Position numbers and translations under genes: made by a program. Shown here in pieces: positions 45,500-55,028 of a DNA stretch of 64,000 nt. The notes beneath the pieces were generated by a model. It made no database searches and had not been told where the DNA came from. It saw nothing but the letters and a program-made list of their open reading frames with translations. Within the stretch, counting starts at the first letter, position 1, and each line of letters opens with the position of its first letter. Location: contig JBFXAY010000015.1 in NCBI GenBank assembly GCA_050183815.1, positions 6,437 to 70,436 of the forward strand, written 5' to 3'. Source of the DNA: Gemmatimonadales bacterium. Its GTDB lineage: Bacteria; Gemmatimonadota; Gemmatimonadetes; Gemmatimonadales; GWC2-71-9.

Positions 45500-45587
45500 C
45501 GCGGCGGCCCGGCGGCCAGCCTTGCGGAACCGGATTGCCGAACGAGGTTTCCTGAGAGCAAACCCCTCCACCGCCCGAGGACTCCAG

Positions 45588-46676
45588 ATGCAGCCGTTGA
45601 CCTCCCGCCGCCAGTTCGTCGCCGCAGGCCTCGCCCTGAGCGGTTCCCTCGCCATTCCGGATCTGGGCCGCACCCTCTTCGGGAAGCCGCTCCGGATTCT
45701 CTTCCTCGGCGGCACCGGCTTCATCGGCCCCCACATGGTGCGACAGGCGATGTATCGGGGACACGCAATCACTCTGTTCAACCGGGGCCGCACGGCGCCC
45801 GGACTCTTCCCCGGTGCCGAGACCCTCATCGGCGATCGCGACGGCAAACTCGACGCACTCAAGGGACGCGAGTGGGACGTCGTGGTCGACAACAGCGGTT
45901 ACGTCCCGCGCCATGTCCGCGACACCGCGGCGCTGCTCAAGGGCAAGGTTGGCCGTTATCTCTTCATTTCGACCGGCTCGGTCTATGATTTCGACCAGCC
46001 CTCGATCGACGAGGACGGCAAGCTGCTCACGATTCGCGATCCGAAGAGTGAGGACGTCGAGAAGTACTACGGCGAGCTCAAGATCCTCTGCGAAGAAGCG
46101 GTCCGGGAATCCTACGGTTCGGCGGCCACGATCCTCCGCCTCCACGTGGTGGCGGGACCGGGCGATCCGACCGATCGCTACACCTACTGGCCGGTCCGCA
46201 TCGCGGCCGGCGGCGAAGTCCTGGCGCCCGGCGACCCGACTGATCCGATCCAGTACATCGACGTTCGGGATCTGGCCGAGTTCGTCAGCCGGATCGCTGA
46301 GGAAGCCATTCCAGGCACGTTCAATGTCGCCGGACCGTCCTACGGAGCGGTGAGCACGGCGGAACTGCTGTACGCCATCCGGGGCGCCTTCAGCAGCCGG
46401 GTGTCGTTCACCTGGGTAGCGGCGGCCACGCTGGCCGAGCAGAAGATCGGCTTCCCGCTCGTCTACGGCAGCACCGGGCCGGCTCGCGGTGCCTCCCGGG
46501 TCAGCGCTGCCAGGGCAATCGCTGCCGGGCTCACCTTCCGGCCGATGGCGGTCACGGCGCGGGAGACGTTCGACTGGTTCCGCGCCGAGCCGGCGGAGCG
46601 ACAGGCCAAGCTCGCGCTCAACCTGGACCGCGACGCCAAGTTGCTGGCTTCACGGAAGTCGGGCGAGGATCGCTGA
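45588..46676 (+). CDS. NAD-dependent epimerase/dehydratase (extended SDR) with Tat-like leader
   Basis: 'SRRQF', 'LGGTGFIG', 'FNRG', 'YGELK'. Confidence 0.85.
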   Translation: MQPLTSRRQFVAAGLALSGSLAIPDLGRTLFGKPLRILFLGGTGFIGPHMVRQAMYRGHAITLFNRGRTAPGLFPGAETLIGDRDGKLDALKGREWDVVVDNSGYVPRHVRDTAALLKGKVGRYLFISTGSVYDFDQPSIDEDGKLLTIRDPKSEDVEKYYGELKILCEEAVRESYGSAATILRLHVVAGPGDPTDRYTYWPVRIAAGGEVLAPGDPTDPIQYIDVRDLAEFVSRIAEEAIPGTFNVAGPSYGAVSTAELLYAIRGAFSSRVSFTWVAAATLAEQKIGFPLVYGSTGPARGASRVSAARAIAAGLTFRPMAVTARETFDWFRAEPAERQAKLALNLDRDAKLLASRKSGEDR

Positions 46677-46678
46677 GC

Positions 46679-47890
46679 TTGGGCATCGAGCTCCTGGCGG
46701 GCCTGCTCTTCTGCTCCCTGGCCCCAGTGCCGACGGTGCAACCCGGCTTCGCCGTCATCGCCACGCCGACCCGCGACACGGTATTGGCCGGCCCCGGATC
46801 GGTCGAATTCATCGTCGCGGACGGTCACATCGGCCGCGCCTCGTCTCGCACCATCTACGGCCAGCGGGTCCGGATCGAGCGCACGCTCACGCCGGGATCC
46901 GCCGGAATGACCGAGGCCGTCCTGGTACCTTGGGACATGGCCCCGGACTGCACTCCGGTGCCGTGGTCCGCCACGGCGCGCTGGGCTCAGATCGGTCGCC
47001 GCGCCGTCTTCTACGGTCAGCTCCGGCCGCGCGACCAGTGGCTTGACTCGGTACCCACCGTGGATGTGTTCGGCGCGCATCTCAAGCCCTACCCGGAAGG
47101 GTTTCGAGAGGACCTGTCCGCCGGGGAAATTCTCACGGTCGATGAATTCGCCGAGCTGTTGGAACGCCTTCCGCCCGCGAACGGCGAGGAACGGGATGGG
47201 AGCGCCGCCTTCCGGCGGCTTTCCGAGTGGCTCGACGCCAACCCGGGCGTTCGCGGGAGAGAGCCGGCCGCGGGCCTCGCCCGGATGGTCCGGTTCCGGG
47301 CAAGGGCCGAGCGAATCCGGGCGATTGAACCGGCCGTCGCCGGGACCTATCGGTTCACCGTCACGGTCACCGGCGCACCTCCCCTGTCCTTCTATGCTCG
47401 AACGGTGGATCGTCCCACCGGGGAATACGGCCGGGATCGCAGCTCGATCGGGGATCGCGCCGCCGACGCTCTGATCGAAGGCTACAGCCTGCTCACCGGC
47501 GTGGCGGATCGGGTCGAGGAGCTTCCGACCGATCGCACCAACCGCAGTCCGGACCGGGAGGGCTACCTGAACGTCCTGCTACCAGCCGAGGGCGGGACCG
47601 GTCAGGGAACCAGAACCGGCGGGAGCGCCGGTTTCGGCCTGCTTCGAGCATCCCGCCCGTCCGACTCGCTCTTCGTTCGGCTCGCCCGGGATTTCCGGTT
47701 CGAGAGCCGGCTCGGCCGAGCCGGCGAGTTCCGCATCGGGCCGGGCAACGACGTCTCGTTCAGCGAGGAAGTCGACCTCGGGGCCGGCCGCACGCTGAGA
47801 ATCGAGGCTGTCCGGATCTCCCTCCGAACGATTCCCTGGGTCAGATCCGGGGGGATTGCCCCAGGTGAAGTCATCCCGCCGGAACCCTAG
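46679..47890 (+). CDS. Hypothetical protein, probably secreted
   Basis: 403-aa ORF fills the gap, with a TTG start and hydrophobic N-terminus. No family recognised. Confidence 0.5.
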   Translation: MGIELLAGLLFCSLAPVPTVQPGFAVIATPTRDTVLAGPGSVEFIVADGHIGRASSRTIYGQRVRIERTLTPGSAGMTEAVLVPWDMAPDCTPVPWSATARWAQIGRRAVFYGQLRPRDQWLDSVPTVDVFGAHLKPYPEGFREDLSAGEILTVDEFAELLERLPPANGEERDGSAAFRRLSEWLDANPGVRGREPAAGLARMVRFRARAERIRAIEPAVAGTYRFTVTVTGAPPLSFYARTVDRPTGEYGRDRSSIGDRAADALIEGYSLLTGVADRVEELPTDRTNRSPDREGYLNVLLPAEGGTGQGTRTGGSAGFGLLRASRPSDSLFVRLARDFRFESRLGRAGEFRIGPGNDVSFSEEVDLGAGRTLRIEAVRISLRTIPWVRSGGIAPGEVIPPEP

Positions 47891-48324
47891 CGATTCTCGT
47901 AGACGAAACTCGTCAACTGCTCGATGGTCTCGCGTTGGTCGTTCACTTGATAGGCGAGCAGGTCGCCGATCGTGACGATCCCCACGACTCGCTGGCCGTC
48001 CAGCACCGGCAGGTGCCGAACCCGGTTCCGGGTCATCGCCGCCGCGCACTCCTCGAGCGACGCGTCGGGGCCGCACCCGATCACCTCCGTCGTCATCACG
48101 TTGCCGATGGGCAGGTGATCCGCCTGGAGGCCCTTCCCGACGACTCGTCGCATCAGATCCCGTTCGGTGAACATGCCCACCAGCTCGCCCTGGTCGCTCA
48201 GCACCACCACGCCTCCGATCCGGGCCTCGTTCATGATCTGGACCGCGGCAAGGACCGAGTCGGACGGCGACACCGCGTGAACCTGCTCACCCTTGCGACG
48301 AAGGATTTCGGCGACCGTAGCCAT
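47887..48324 (-). CDS. CBS-pair domain protein
   Basis: 'MATVAEIL..KG', 'GMFTERDL', 'RHLPV', 'IGDL'. AGGAGG RBS. Confidence 0.9.
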   Translation of the reverse strand: MATVAEILRRKGEQVHAVSPSDSVLAAVQIMNEARIGGVVVLSDQGELVGMFTERDLMRRVVGKGLQADHLPIGNVMTTEVIGCGPDASLEECAAAMTRNRVRHLPVLDGQRVVGIVTIGDLLAYQVNDQRETIEQLTSFVYENR

Positions 48325-48514
48325 GGGAACCTCCTGGCATCTGTGTGGAAGGGGGACCCTTCCAACATGGGAACGGACCGAACTTCCCGCCAGCAGGGAG
48401 GCCGGCGGTGTCCGGATTCCGCCCAGCGCCGGCCCGTCGGCAACCAGCCGATTGCTTCGTAAAATTGAGCGGCTGTCGCGCATTGGTCTCACGAACCCGC
48501 TCCTGAGCCCCTGG

Positions 48515-49072
48515 ATGACCGATCAGCCGCTCCGACACCTCGCCGACCCCCCTGCGGACCTCGTCCGCCGGGCCCGACTGGGATCGGCGGAGGCCCTCGC
48601 GGGGCTCTACACCGTCTACGCCAACCAGGTCTTCGGCACCGCCTTCCGGATTCTCGGCAACCGGGCCGACGCCGAGGACGTGCTTCAGGACGTCTTCGTC
48701 GGCCTCCCGGAGGCGCTCGCTTCCTACCGGGAACAGGGCCGGCTCGATGCCTGGCTCCGCCGGGTCGCGGCGCGGACGGCGCTGATGCGCCAGCGCCAGG
48801 ATCGAACCGGCGCCTCGTTCGACGAGGGATTCGACCTGCCGACCCGCGAGATCCCGGGCGCCGGGATCGTCGAGCGCCTCGCCGTAGCCGACGCCCTCGG
48901 CCGGATGCCGGAAGGGCTCCGCCAGGTGTTCCTCCTCAAGGAGATCGAAGGGTTCAGTCACGCTGAGATCGGTGCCCTGCTCGGGATCAGCGCCGGCGCC
49001 TCGGGCGTCCGGCTCCATCGCGCCTGGATCATGATCCACTCGCTGCTGGGCACCGCGGAGAAACCGTCATGA
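48515..49072 (+). CDS. ECF RNA polymerase sigma factor
   Basis: 'DAEDVLQDVF', 'AWL.R.A', 'EG.SH.EI...LGIS...S..RL.RA'. Confidence 0.9.
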   Translation: MTDQPLRHLADPPADLVRRARLGSAEALAGLYTVYANQVFGTAFRILGNRADAEDVLQDVFVGLPEALASYREQGRLDAWLRRVAARTALMRQRQDRTGASFDEGFDLPTREIPGAGIVERLAVADALGRMPEGLRQVFLLKEIEGFSHAEIGALLGISAGASGVRLHRAWIMIHSLLGTAEKPS

Positions 49073-49794
49073 ACCGTCATCCCACCCTGGCCGAACTCGC
49101 GGGCCTCGACGACCTGAGCGCCCGGCGCCGGACCGCCACCAGGAACCATCTGGCCGACTGCCCATCCTGCCGGCAACAACTGGCCTTCACCCGGGACGTG
49201 CGGGCCCACGCGCGCGAAGCAACCGGCGGCGTCCCGGCGCCGGAAAACCTCGGCCGGATCCTGGCCCGGCGCGCCGCGGGCGACCGGGTGATCCTCCCGA
49301 CCGAATTGCCGGCCGCACCCGGACGCCGCCGAAGGGCCGTCCCGCTGGCCGTGGCGGCCTTGCTGCTCGTCACGGCCGTGATCGCCGCCCAGTTCATCCG
49401 TGGCCGCGGCCGGGAACCGGCGCCCGCATCGCCGACGATACCGGCGGAGACAGCCCCGCCGGCAGTCGGCATCTCCATCGTTCCCGCCGGCGGCGCGGCC
49501 GACGTCCGAATCGACGGCGCGGCCGACCTGCAGGTCGAGGTGCTCCTCCACGACGGGGCGGAACTCGCGGTCCGGGGCACCGGTGTCGCCGCCCAGGCAC
49601 GGTTCCGGACCGCGGCCGGCGGCATCGCCGTGTCCGAGGTTCGGGGCGGCGTTGTGGAACTCCGGATTCCCCGCGGAGTTCGGAGCCGCCTCTTCGTCAA
49701 CGGCCGGCTCGAGCTGACGGCAGACGGCCGTTCCCTCCGGATCGAACGGAACGGCGCGATCCGTGACCGCGTCGTCCTCAAGCCGGGCAGCTGA
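49069..49794 (+). CDS. Zinc-binding anti-sigma factor (zf-HC2), one TM
   Basis: HLADCPSC, central TM, ATGA overlap with the sigma gene. Confidence 0.8.
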   Translation: MNRHPTLAELAGLDDLSARRRTATRNHLADCPSCRQQLAFTRDVRAHAREATGGVPAPENLGRILARRAAGDRVILPTELPAAPGRRRRAVPLAVAALLLVTAVIAAQFIRGRGREPAPASPTIPAETAPPAVGISIVPAGGAADVRIDGAADLQVEVLLHDGAELAVRGTGVAAQARFRTAAGGIAVSEVRGGVVELRIPRGVRSRLFVNGRLELTADGRSLRIERNGAIRDRVVLKPGS

Positions 49795-49797
49795 GCC

Positions 49798-52302
49798 GTG
49801 TACCCGCTCCTGGCCCTGCTTCAAGTCGCGACCGGCGGGATCGAAGGCACGGTGTCGAGCGACGCCGGTGCCGCGATTCGCGGAGCAACCGTCACCATCG
49901 CCACGATCGACCGGACCACCCGCACCGACTCCCTCGGCCGATTCACCGTGGCGGCAGTGCCCGCCGGTACCTGGCAGCTGCGGGTGGCGGCCGCCGGATT
50001 TGAACCGGTCGTCCTCCGGGTCGAGGTCGCCGTCCGGGCCACGGTTCGAGTCGATATCGGGCTCACGCCGAGCGCGGTCGACGCCACTCGTCCGACGCTC
50101 GAAGTCGAGGTCCGCGAACCGGGCGGCGCCCCGATCGACCTGGCCACGGTCGAACTGGACGGCGTGGCTCGCACCGCACTCGGCGGCTCGGCCGTCTTCC
50201 GCGACGTCACGCCCGGTCTCCACTCGGTTCGTGCCCGGCGACTCGGCTACCAGACCCGCGACACGACGATCTCCACTGGTGGCGCGGCCAACCGGGTCAT
50301 CATCCGCCTGGCCCCCCGACCGAGAGATCTGCCGACCCTTGCGGTCTCCGCACCCCGAAAGCTCGCCCCGCCGCCGATCTCGGCGCCGGGCGACCTCTCC
50401 GGCCCGATCACCACCGCCATCACCCGCCTCGGCCGCGAGGAATTGCAGTCCGTACCGCCCACCTTCGAGCCCGACGTGCTCCGGGCCCTGCAGGCCACGA
50501 CCGGGATCGGGGCGGCCAACGACGTCAACGCGCACCTCGCCATCCGCGGCAGCGCCCCGGAGCACACGCTCTACCTGCTCGACGGTGCGCCGGTCCTCGG
50601 TCCCTATCACATGTTCGGCCTGTTCGGCGCCTTCAACCCCGACGCGGTGGACGACGCCCAGATCCTCCGCGGCTCCCTCCCGGCCCGCGTCGGTGGGGCA
50701 CTCGGCTCGGTGGTCAGCCTTCGATCCGCCCGCCCGGAGCGGCTCCGGGTCGTCGGTGGCGCCACCGTGCTGACCTCGCGCATCGCGGTGTCCGCGCCGA
50801 TCGGCGCGGCCGGCTCCAGGCTGCTGGCAGGCCGCCGAACGAATCTCGGCTTCGGCGAAAGCGGCCCCTTCAACCTCGATGTGCCCTACTGGTTCTGGGA
50901 CCTGCAAGGGACGCTGCGCCTGGTCCCTGCTCCGAATCACGAAATCACGGTGAGCACCTACGGATCGGGCGACAAGTTTTCCGAGGACCTCTTCTTCATC
51001 AAGGAAGGCAGCGCCCCGCTCTTCTCCACCTGGCGGAACCGGGTGGCGTCCGCGTCGTGGCGCTGGAGTCCCGCGGCCGGGTGGGGCGGCTCGGTCGGGA
51101 TCTGGACCAGCGGCTATCGCAGCACCCTCGCCCTGGGCGACACGACCCTCCGGGCCGACAGCGCCGCGACCCTCGGCAGCACCCGGCTCACGGGCTTCAC
51201 CGCGGCACTCGGCCGCGAGCTCCCGCAGGGCAGCGTCCGGCTCTCGTTCGACGTAACCGCCAACCGAGCCCGTCTCGTGGGTGATTCCGTCGCTCCGGGG
51301 TACCTCGACGACCGGGTCGACCGGCGTCACACCGAATTCGCCGGATCGATCGAGTGGGAGCACCGGATCGGCGCAGTGTCCCTGGCGCCAGGCCTTCGTA
51401 CCACCAAGTGGAGTGCCGGCAGCGCCTGGAGCGTGGAGCCACGTGTTGCCGCGCGATGGACCAGCCGGGCGGGAGCCACCGTCACCGCCGGCGTGAGCCG
51501 CACGGTCCAGGCGCTGTTTGCGCTCCGGGACGACCGGTTGCCGCTTCTCGGCGTGCCGTTCTGGTCGCTCCCCGATTCGAGTCAGCCGCGCACCGCCGCG
51601 ACGGCCTTCGAGGCGTCCGTGAGCCTGCCGCTCTCGGAGGCCTGGCGGGTCGAGGCCGCCGCCTTCCACCGGCGTCTTTCCGGACTGCCCCGCTGGCGTC
51701 CGAGCGGCAAACGCGACCTGAGCGAGCTCGCCTTCGACGAGGGCACCGCCACCGGTCTCGAAGTTCACGTCAGTCGCCGGACGGGCCGGCTCACGGGCTG
51801 GGCGACCTACACGCCGCTCGTCGCCACCTTCCGGCCCGCGGCCGGCGGCAGCTATCGCCCGCTGTGGGATCGTCGTCACACCTTCGACGCCGTGGCCCAG
51901 CTGAAGCTCGGCGCCTGGGGCCTCGTGTCCCATCGGGTGGCGTTCGCCACCGGCCAGCCGTTCTGGGTCGAGCAGGGCACGTTCACCGGCGCCGAATTCG
52001 ATCCTCAGACCGGTACCGCCCGAGCCCGAAGCGACGCCAGCTTTCCGATCTGGTCCCAGACCCAGGGAACTCTTCCGTACTACTTCCGCGCCGACCTCAC
52101 GGCGAGGGCTGCGTGGTCGTGGAGCGGCCTGCGGATCGCGCCATTCGCCGGCGTGATCAATCTCACCGGCCGCCGGAACGTGACCGGCTACCGCGCCCAG
52201 CCGGGCGGGCTGGCCGGAACCATCGAATACCTGCCCCGCCGCCAGCTCCCGAGGGTTCCCGTGCTCGGCATCGATTTCTCCATCGGCCGGGCGGCCCCGT
52301 GA
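49798..52302 (+). CDS. TonB-dependent receptor with two carboxypeptidase-regulatory-like N-terminal domains
   Basis: 'TDS.GRF', plug 'EPDVLR.LQ...G...IRG.....LLDG', 'EPR' and 'WDRRH' barrel motifs. Confidence 0.85.
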   Translation: MYPLLALLQVATGGIEGTVSSDAGAAIRGATVTIATIDRTTRTDSLGRFTVAAVPAGTWQLRVAAAGFEPVVLRVEVAVRATVRVDIGLTPSAVDATRPTLEVEVREPGGAPIDLATVELDGVARTALGGSAVFRDVTPGLHSVRARRLGYQTRDTTISTGGAANRVIIRLAPRPRDLPTLAVSAPRKLAPPPISAPGDLSGPITTAITRLGREELQSVPPTFEPDVLRALQATTGIGAANDVNAHLAIRGSAPEHTLYLLDGAPVLGPYHMFGLFGAFNPDAVDDAQILRGSLPARVGGALGSVVSLRSARPERLRVVGGATVLTSRIAVSAPIGAAGSRLLAGRRTNLGFGESGPFNLDVPYWFWDLQGTLRLVPAPNHEITVSTYGSGDKFSEDLFFIKEGSAPLFSTWRNRVASASWRWSPAAGWGGSVGIWTSGYRSTLALGDTTLRADSAATLGSTRLTGFTAALGRELPQGSVRLSFDVTANRARLVGDSVAPGYLDDRVDRRHTEFAGSIEWEHRIGAVSLAPGLRTTKWSAGSAWSVEPRVAARWTSRAGATVTAGVSRTVQALFALRDDRLPLLGVPFWSLPDSSQPRTAATAFEASVSLPLSEAWRVEAAAFHRRLSGLPRWRPSGKRDLSELAFDEGTATGLEVHVSRRTGRLTGWATYTPLVATFRPAAGGSYRPLWDRRHTFDAVAQLKLGAWGLVSHRVAFATGQPFWVEQGTFTGAEFDPQTGTARARSDASFPIWSQTQGTLPYYFRADLTARAAWSWSGLRIAPFAGVINLTGRRNVTGYRAQPGGLAGTIEYLPRRQLPRVPVLGIDFSIGRAAP

Positions 52303-53075
52303 TCAGCCGCCGACACCTCGGCGCGCTCGGCGCGGTTCTGCTTGCCATTGCCTGCGGTGAGCCGGCCGCGCCGAGCTTCCCGAACTTGTCCGACGGCTCC
52401 CTCCACCTCTTCGGTGTCCTGGCCGCGGATTCGGCAACCCATGTCGTCTACGTGAGTCAGACCGACGCCGTCCCGATCCAGCATCTCGAAGGAACTCTTC
52501 ATGAAATCACGGCCGCCGGGGACACGGTTCCCGTCGCGACGGCCACGCCGTTGAGCGGTCGGGGTACCGGGTTCGTCCTTCTGTTCGAGGCTGAGATCCG
52601 TCCCGGGCGGCGCTACCGGATTGTCGTCACCTCCCCGGGGCGCCCGACCGCATCGGTCACGACCACGGTCCCGGGAGACTTCTCGATCGATTCCGTGACC
52701 GCCACCGGGGACCCGCCCGGCACCGCCGGCCTCCGGGCCGTTTGGTCCCCGAGCGCCGACGCGTTCCGCTACATCGTGAATGTCCGGGCCCAGCCGGATT
52801 GCGTCACCAATGCTCCCGTGTGCGAAGACTTCGGCCTCCCTTGGGCCGGAGTCACCGCGACCGCCCGGATCGACACGCTCGTTCCGGCCGAGACGCTCCC
52901 GGCCGACCGGACCCAGGCCGTTGAAGTGGCCGTCTACGCCGTGAACCGCGAGCTGTTCGACTACTTCACCACCGGCGTCGGCGGCACCTTCACCGTCCAG
53001 CCCAGGCAGAACGTGGTCGGCGGCCACGGCGCGGTTGGCGCCTGGGTCCGTCGGACGCGCACGATCTCCCGCTGA
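52299..53075 (+). CDS. Lipoprotein, DUF4249-like partner of the TonB-dependent receptor
   Basis: Lipobox LAIAC, 'PGRRY.I.V', C-terminal 'NVVGG.G.VG'. Confidence 0.7.
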   Translation: MISRRHLGALGAVLLAIACGEPAAPSFPNLSDGSLHLFGVLAADSATHVVYVSQTDAVPIQHLEGTLHEITAAGDTVPVATATPLSGRGTGFVLLFEAEIRPGRRYRIVVTSPGRPTASVTTTVPGDFSIDSVTATGDPPGTAGLRAVWSPSADAFRYIVNVRAQPDCVTNAPVCEDFGLPWAGVTATARIDTLVPAETLPADRTQAVEVAVYAVNRELFDYFTTGVGGTFTVQPRQNVVGGHGAVGAWVRRTRTISR

Positions 53076-53168
53076 ATCGCCCGCAACAGGGCTCCGGAGG
53101 GCAGCGCCAAAGAGGGATTCGGAATATGTTTCCCGGAGACCTCTCCTCTGCAGGATGGCAATCGGACC

Positions 53169-55025
53169 ATGGCTGCACCGACAACCGCTTCCGCCGGTCG
53201 GGTCCCCCGCGAAAACGTCGTCATCCGCTTCGCCGGGGACTCCGGCGACGGGATGCAGATCACCGGCACCGAGTTCGCGGTCGAGACCGCGTTCGCCGGC
53301 AACGACCTCGCGACCTTCCCCGACTACCCCGCCGAAATCCGCGCTCCTGCCGGCACCACCTTCGGGGTGTCCGCGTTCCAGGTGCATTTCGGCGCCACCG
53401 AAGTCCTGACCGCCGGCGACGAACTCGACGCCCTCGTGGCGATGAATCCCGCGGCGCTCAAGGTGAATCTGAAGGACGTCCGGAAGGGCGGCGTCGTGGT
53501 CTGCGACGTCTCCACTTTCAACAGCCGGAACCTCACCAAGGCCGGCTACCAGGTGAATCCGCTCGAGGACCAGACCCTCGACGGCTACCAGGTCCTCCGG
53601 CTCGACGTCACCAAGCTCAACGCCGAGGCGGTCAAGCCGTTCGACTTGTCCGCCAAGGAGTCGGTCCGCTGCCGCAACATGTGGACGCTCGGCCTGATGC
53701 TCTGGATGTACGGCCGGGAACGCTCCCATACGGTCGAATGGCTCAAGCGGAAGTTCGCCAAGCGGCCGGAGATCGCCGACGCCAACGTGGCCGCCCTCAA
53801 TGCAGGCCACGCCTTCGGCGAAACGGCCGAGCTGTCGGCGCCGTCGTACAGCGTGGCCCCGGCCAAGGCCACGCCGGGCACCTATCGCACGGTCACGGGC
53901 ACCGAGGCGCTTTCCTGGGGACTCGTGGCCGGCGCGCAGGCGGCCGCGCTGCCGCGGGTGGTCCTCGCGTCCTATCCGATCACACCGTCCTCGCCGGTGT
54001 TGCACTCCCTGGCGAACCTCAAGCAGTTCGGGATCGTGACGTTCCAGGCCGAGGACGAAATCGCCGCGATGTGTGCCGCGATCGGCGCCTCGTTCGGCGG
54101 CGCCCTCGGCATTACCACGAGTTCCGGGCCGGGCATTGCGCTCAAGACCGAGGCGATCGGCCTCGCGATCATGACCGAGCTGCCGGTCATCGTGATCAAC
54201 AACCAGCGGGGCGGCCCGTCCACCGGTCTCCCGACCAAGACGGAGCAATCGGACCTCTACCAGGCCGTCTACGGCCGCAACGGCGATGCGCCGATGCCGG
54301 TCATTTCGACCGCCACGCCGTCGGACTGCTTCGAGGTGGCGGTGGAGGCGGTTCGGCTGGCCACGAAGTACATGACGCCCGTCATGCTGCTCACCGACGG
54401 GTACCTGGCCAACGCCTCCGAACCGTGGTCCATCCCGGATGTGACCAAACTGCCGTCGTTCCCGGTCAAGTACCACACGGACCCGGAAGGCTTCCAGCCG
54501 TACCTCCGCGACCCGAAGACGCTGGCCCGGATCTGGCCCGTGCCGGGCACCCCGGGACTCGAGCATCGGATCGGCGGGATCGAGAAGGACTTCAACAGCG
54601 GCCACATCTCGTACGACCCGGACAACCACCAGAAGATGACCGACACCCGGGCCGCCAAGGTGGACCGGATCGCCGACGATATCCCCCTCCAGGGCGTGGC
54701 CGTGGGCGAGGATCACGGCAAGATGGCGGTCGTCGGCTGGGGCTCGACCTACGGGCCGATCCACCAGGCGGTCCGGGCGCTGCGCGACGAGGGCCACGCG
54801 GTCTCGCAAATCCACATCCGCTACCTCAAGCCGTTCCCGAAGAACCTGGGCGACCTGCTCAAGCGGTTCGACCGGGTCGTGGTGCCCGAGATGAACAACG
54901 GCCAGCTGGTCACCGTCCTCCGGGCGGAGTACCTCGTCCCGGCCGAGAAACTGACCAAGGTGACCGGCAAGCCCTTCAAGATCTCGGAGCTCACGGCCGA
55001 ACTCCGCAGCCGACTGGAGCGTTAG
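53169..55025 (+). CDS. korA: 2-oxoacid:ferredoxin oxidoreductase alpha subunit (gamma domain fused)
   Basis: 'IRFAGDSGDGMQ', YPITP, 'QAEDE', 'QRGGPSTGLPTK'. Confidence 0.93.
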   Translation: MAAPTTASAGRVPRENVVIRFAGDSGDGMQITGTEFAVETAFAGNDLATFPDYPAEIRAPAGTTFGVSAFQVHFGATEVLTAGDELDALVAMNPAALKVNLKDVRKGGVVVCDVSTFNSRNLTKAGYQVNPLEDQTLDGYQVLRLDVTKLNAEAVKPFDLSAKESVRCRNMWTLGLMLWMYGRERSHTVEWLKRKFAKRPEIADANVAALNAGHAFGETAELSAPSYSVAPAKATPGTYRTVTGTEALSWGLVAGAQAAALPRVVLASYPITPSSPVLHSLANLKQFGIVTFQAEDEIAAMCAAIGASFGGALGITTSSGPGIALKTEAIGLAIMTELPVIVINNQRGGPSTGLPTKTEQSDLYQAVYGRNGDAPMPVISTATPSDCFEVAVEAVRLATKYMTPVMLLTDGYLANASEPWSIPDVTKLPSFPVKYHTDPEGFQPYLRDPKTLARIWPVPGTPGLEHRIGGIEKDFNSGHISYDPDNHQKMTDTRAAKVDRIADDIPLQGVAVGEDHGKMAVVGWGSTYGPIHQAVRALRDEGHAVSQIHIRYLKPFPKNLGDLLKRFDRVVVPEMNNGQLVTVLRAEYLVPAEKLTKVTGKPFKISELTAELRSRLER

Positions 55026-55028
55026 GCA

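Noticed and set aside
45520-45570. Glycine riboswitch-like words (GCCGAA, CTCTCAGG)
   Set aside because: The words fall on opposite strands and the GGAGA element is missing.
48346-48364. Hairpin TGGAAGGG/CCCTTCCA upstream of the CBS gene
   Set aside because: 8-bp stem that does not cover the RBS, with nothing else supporting a function.
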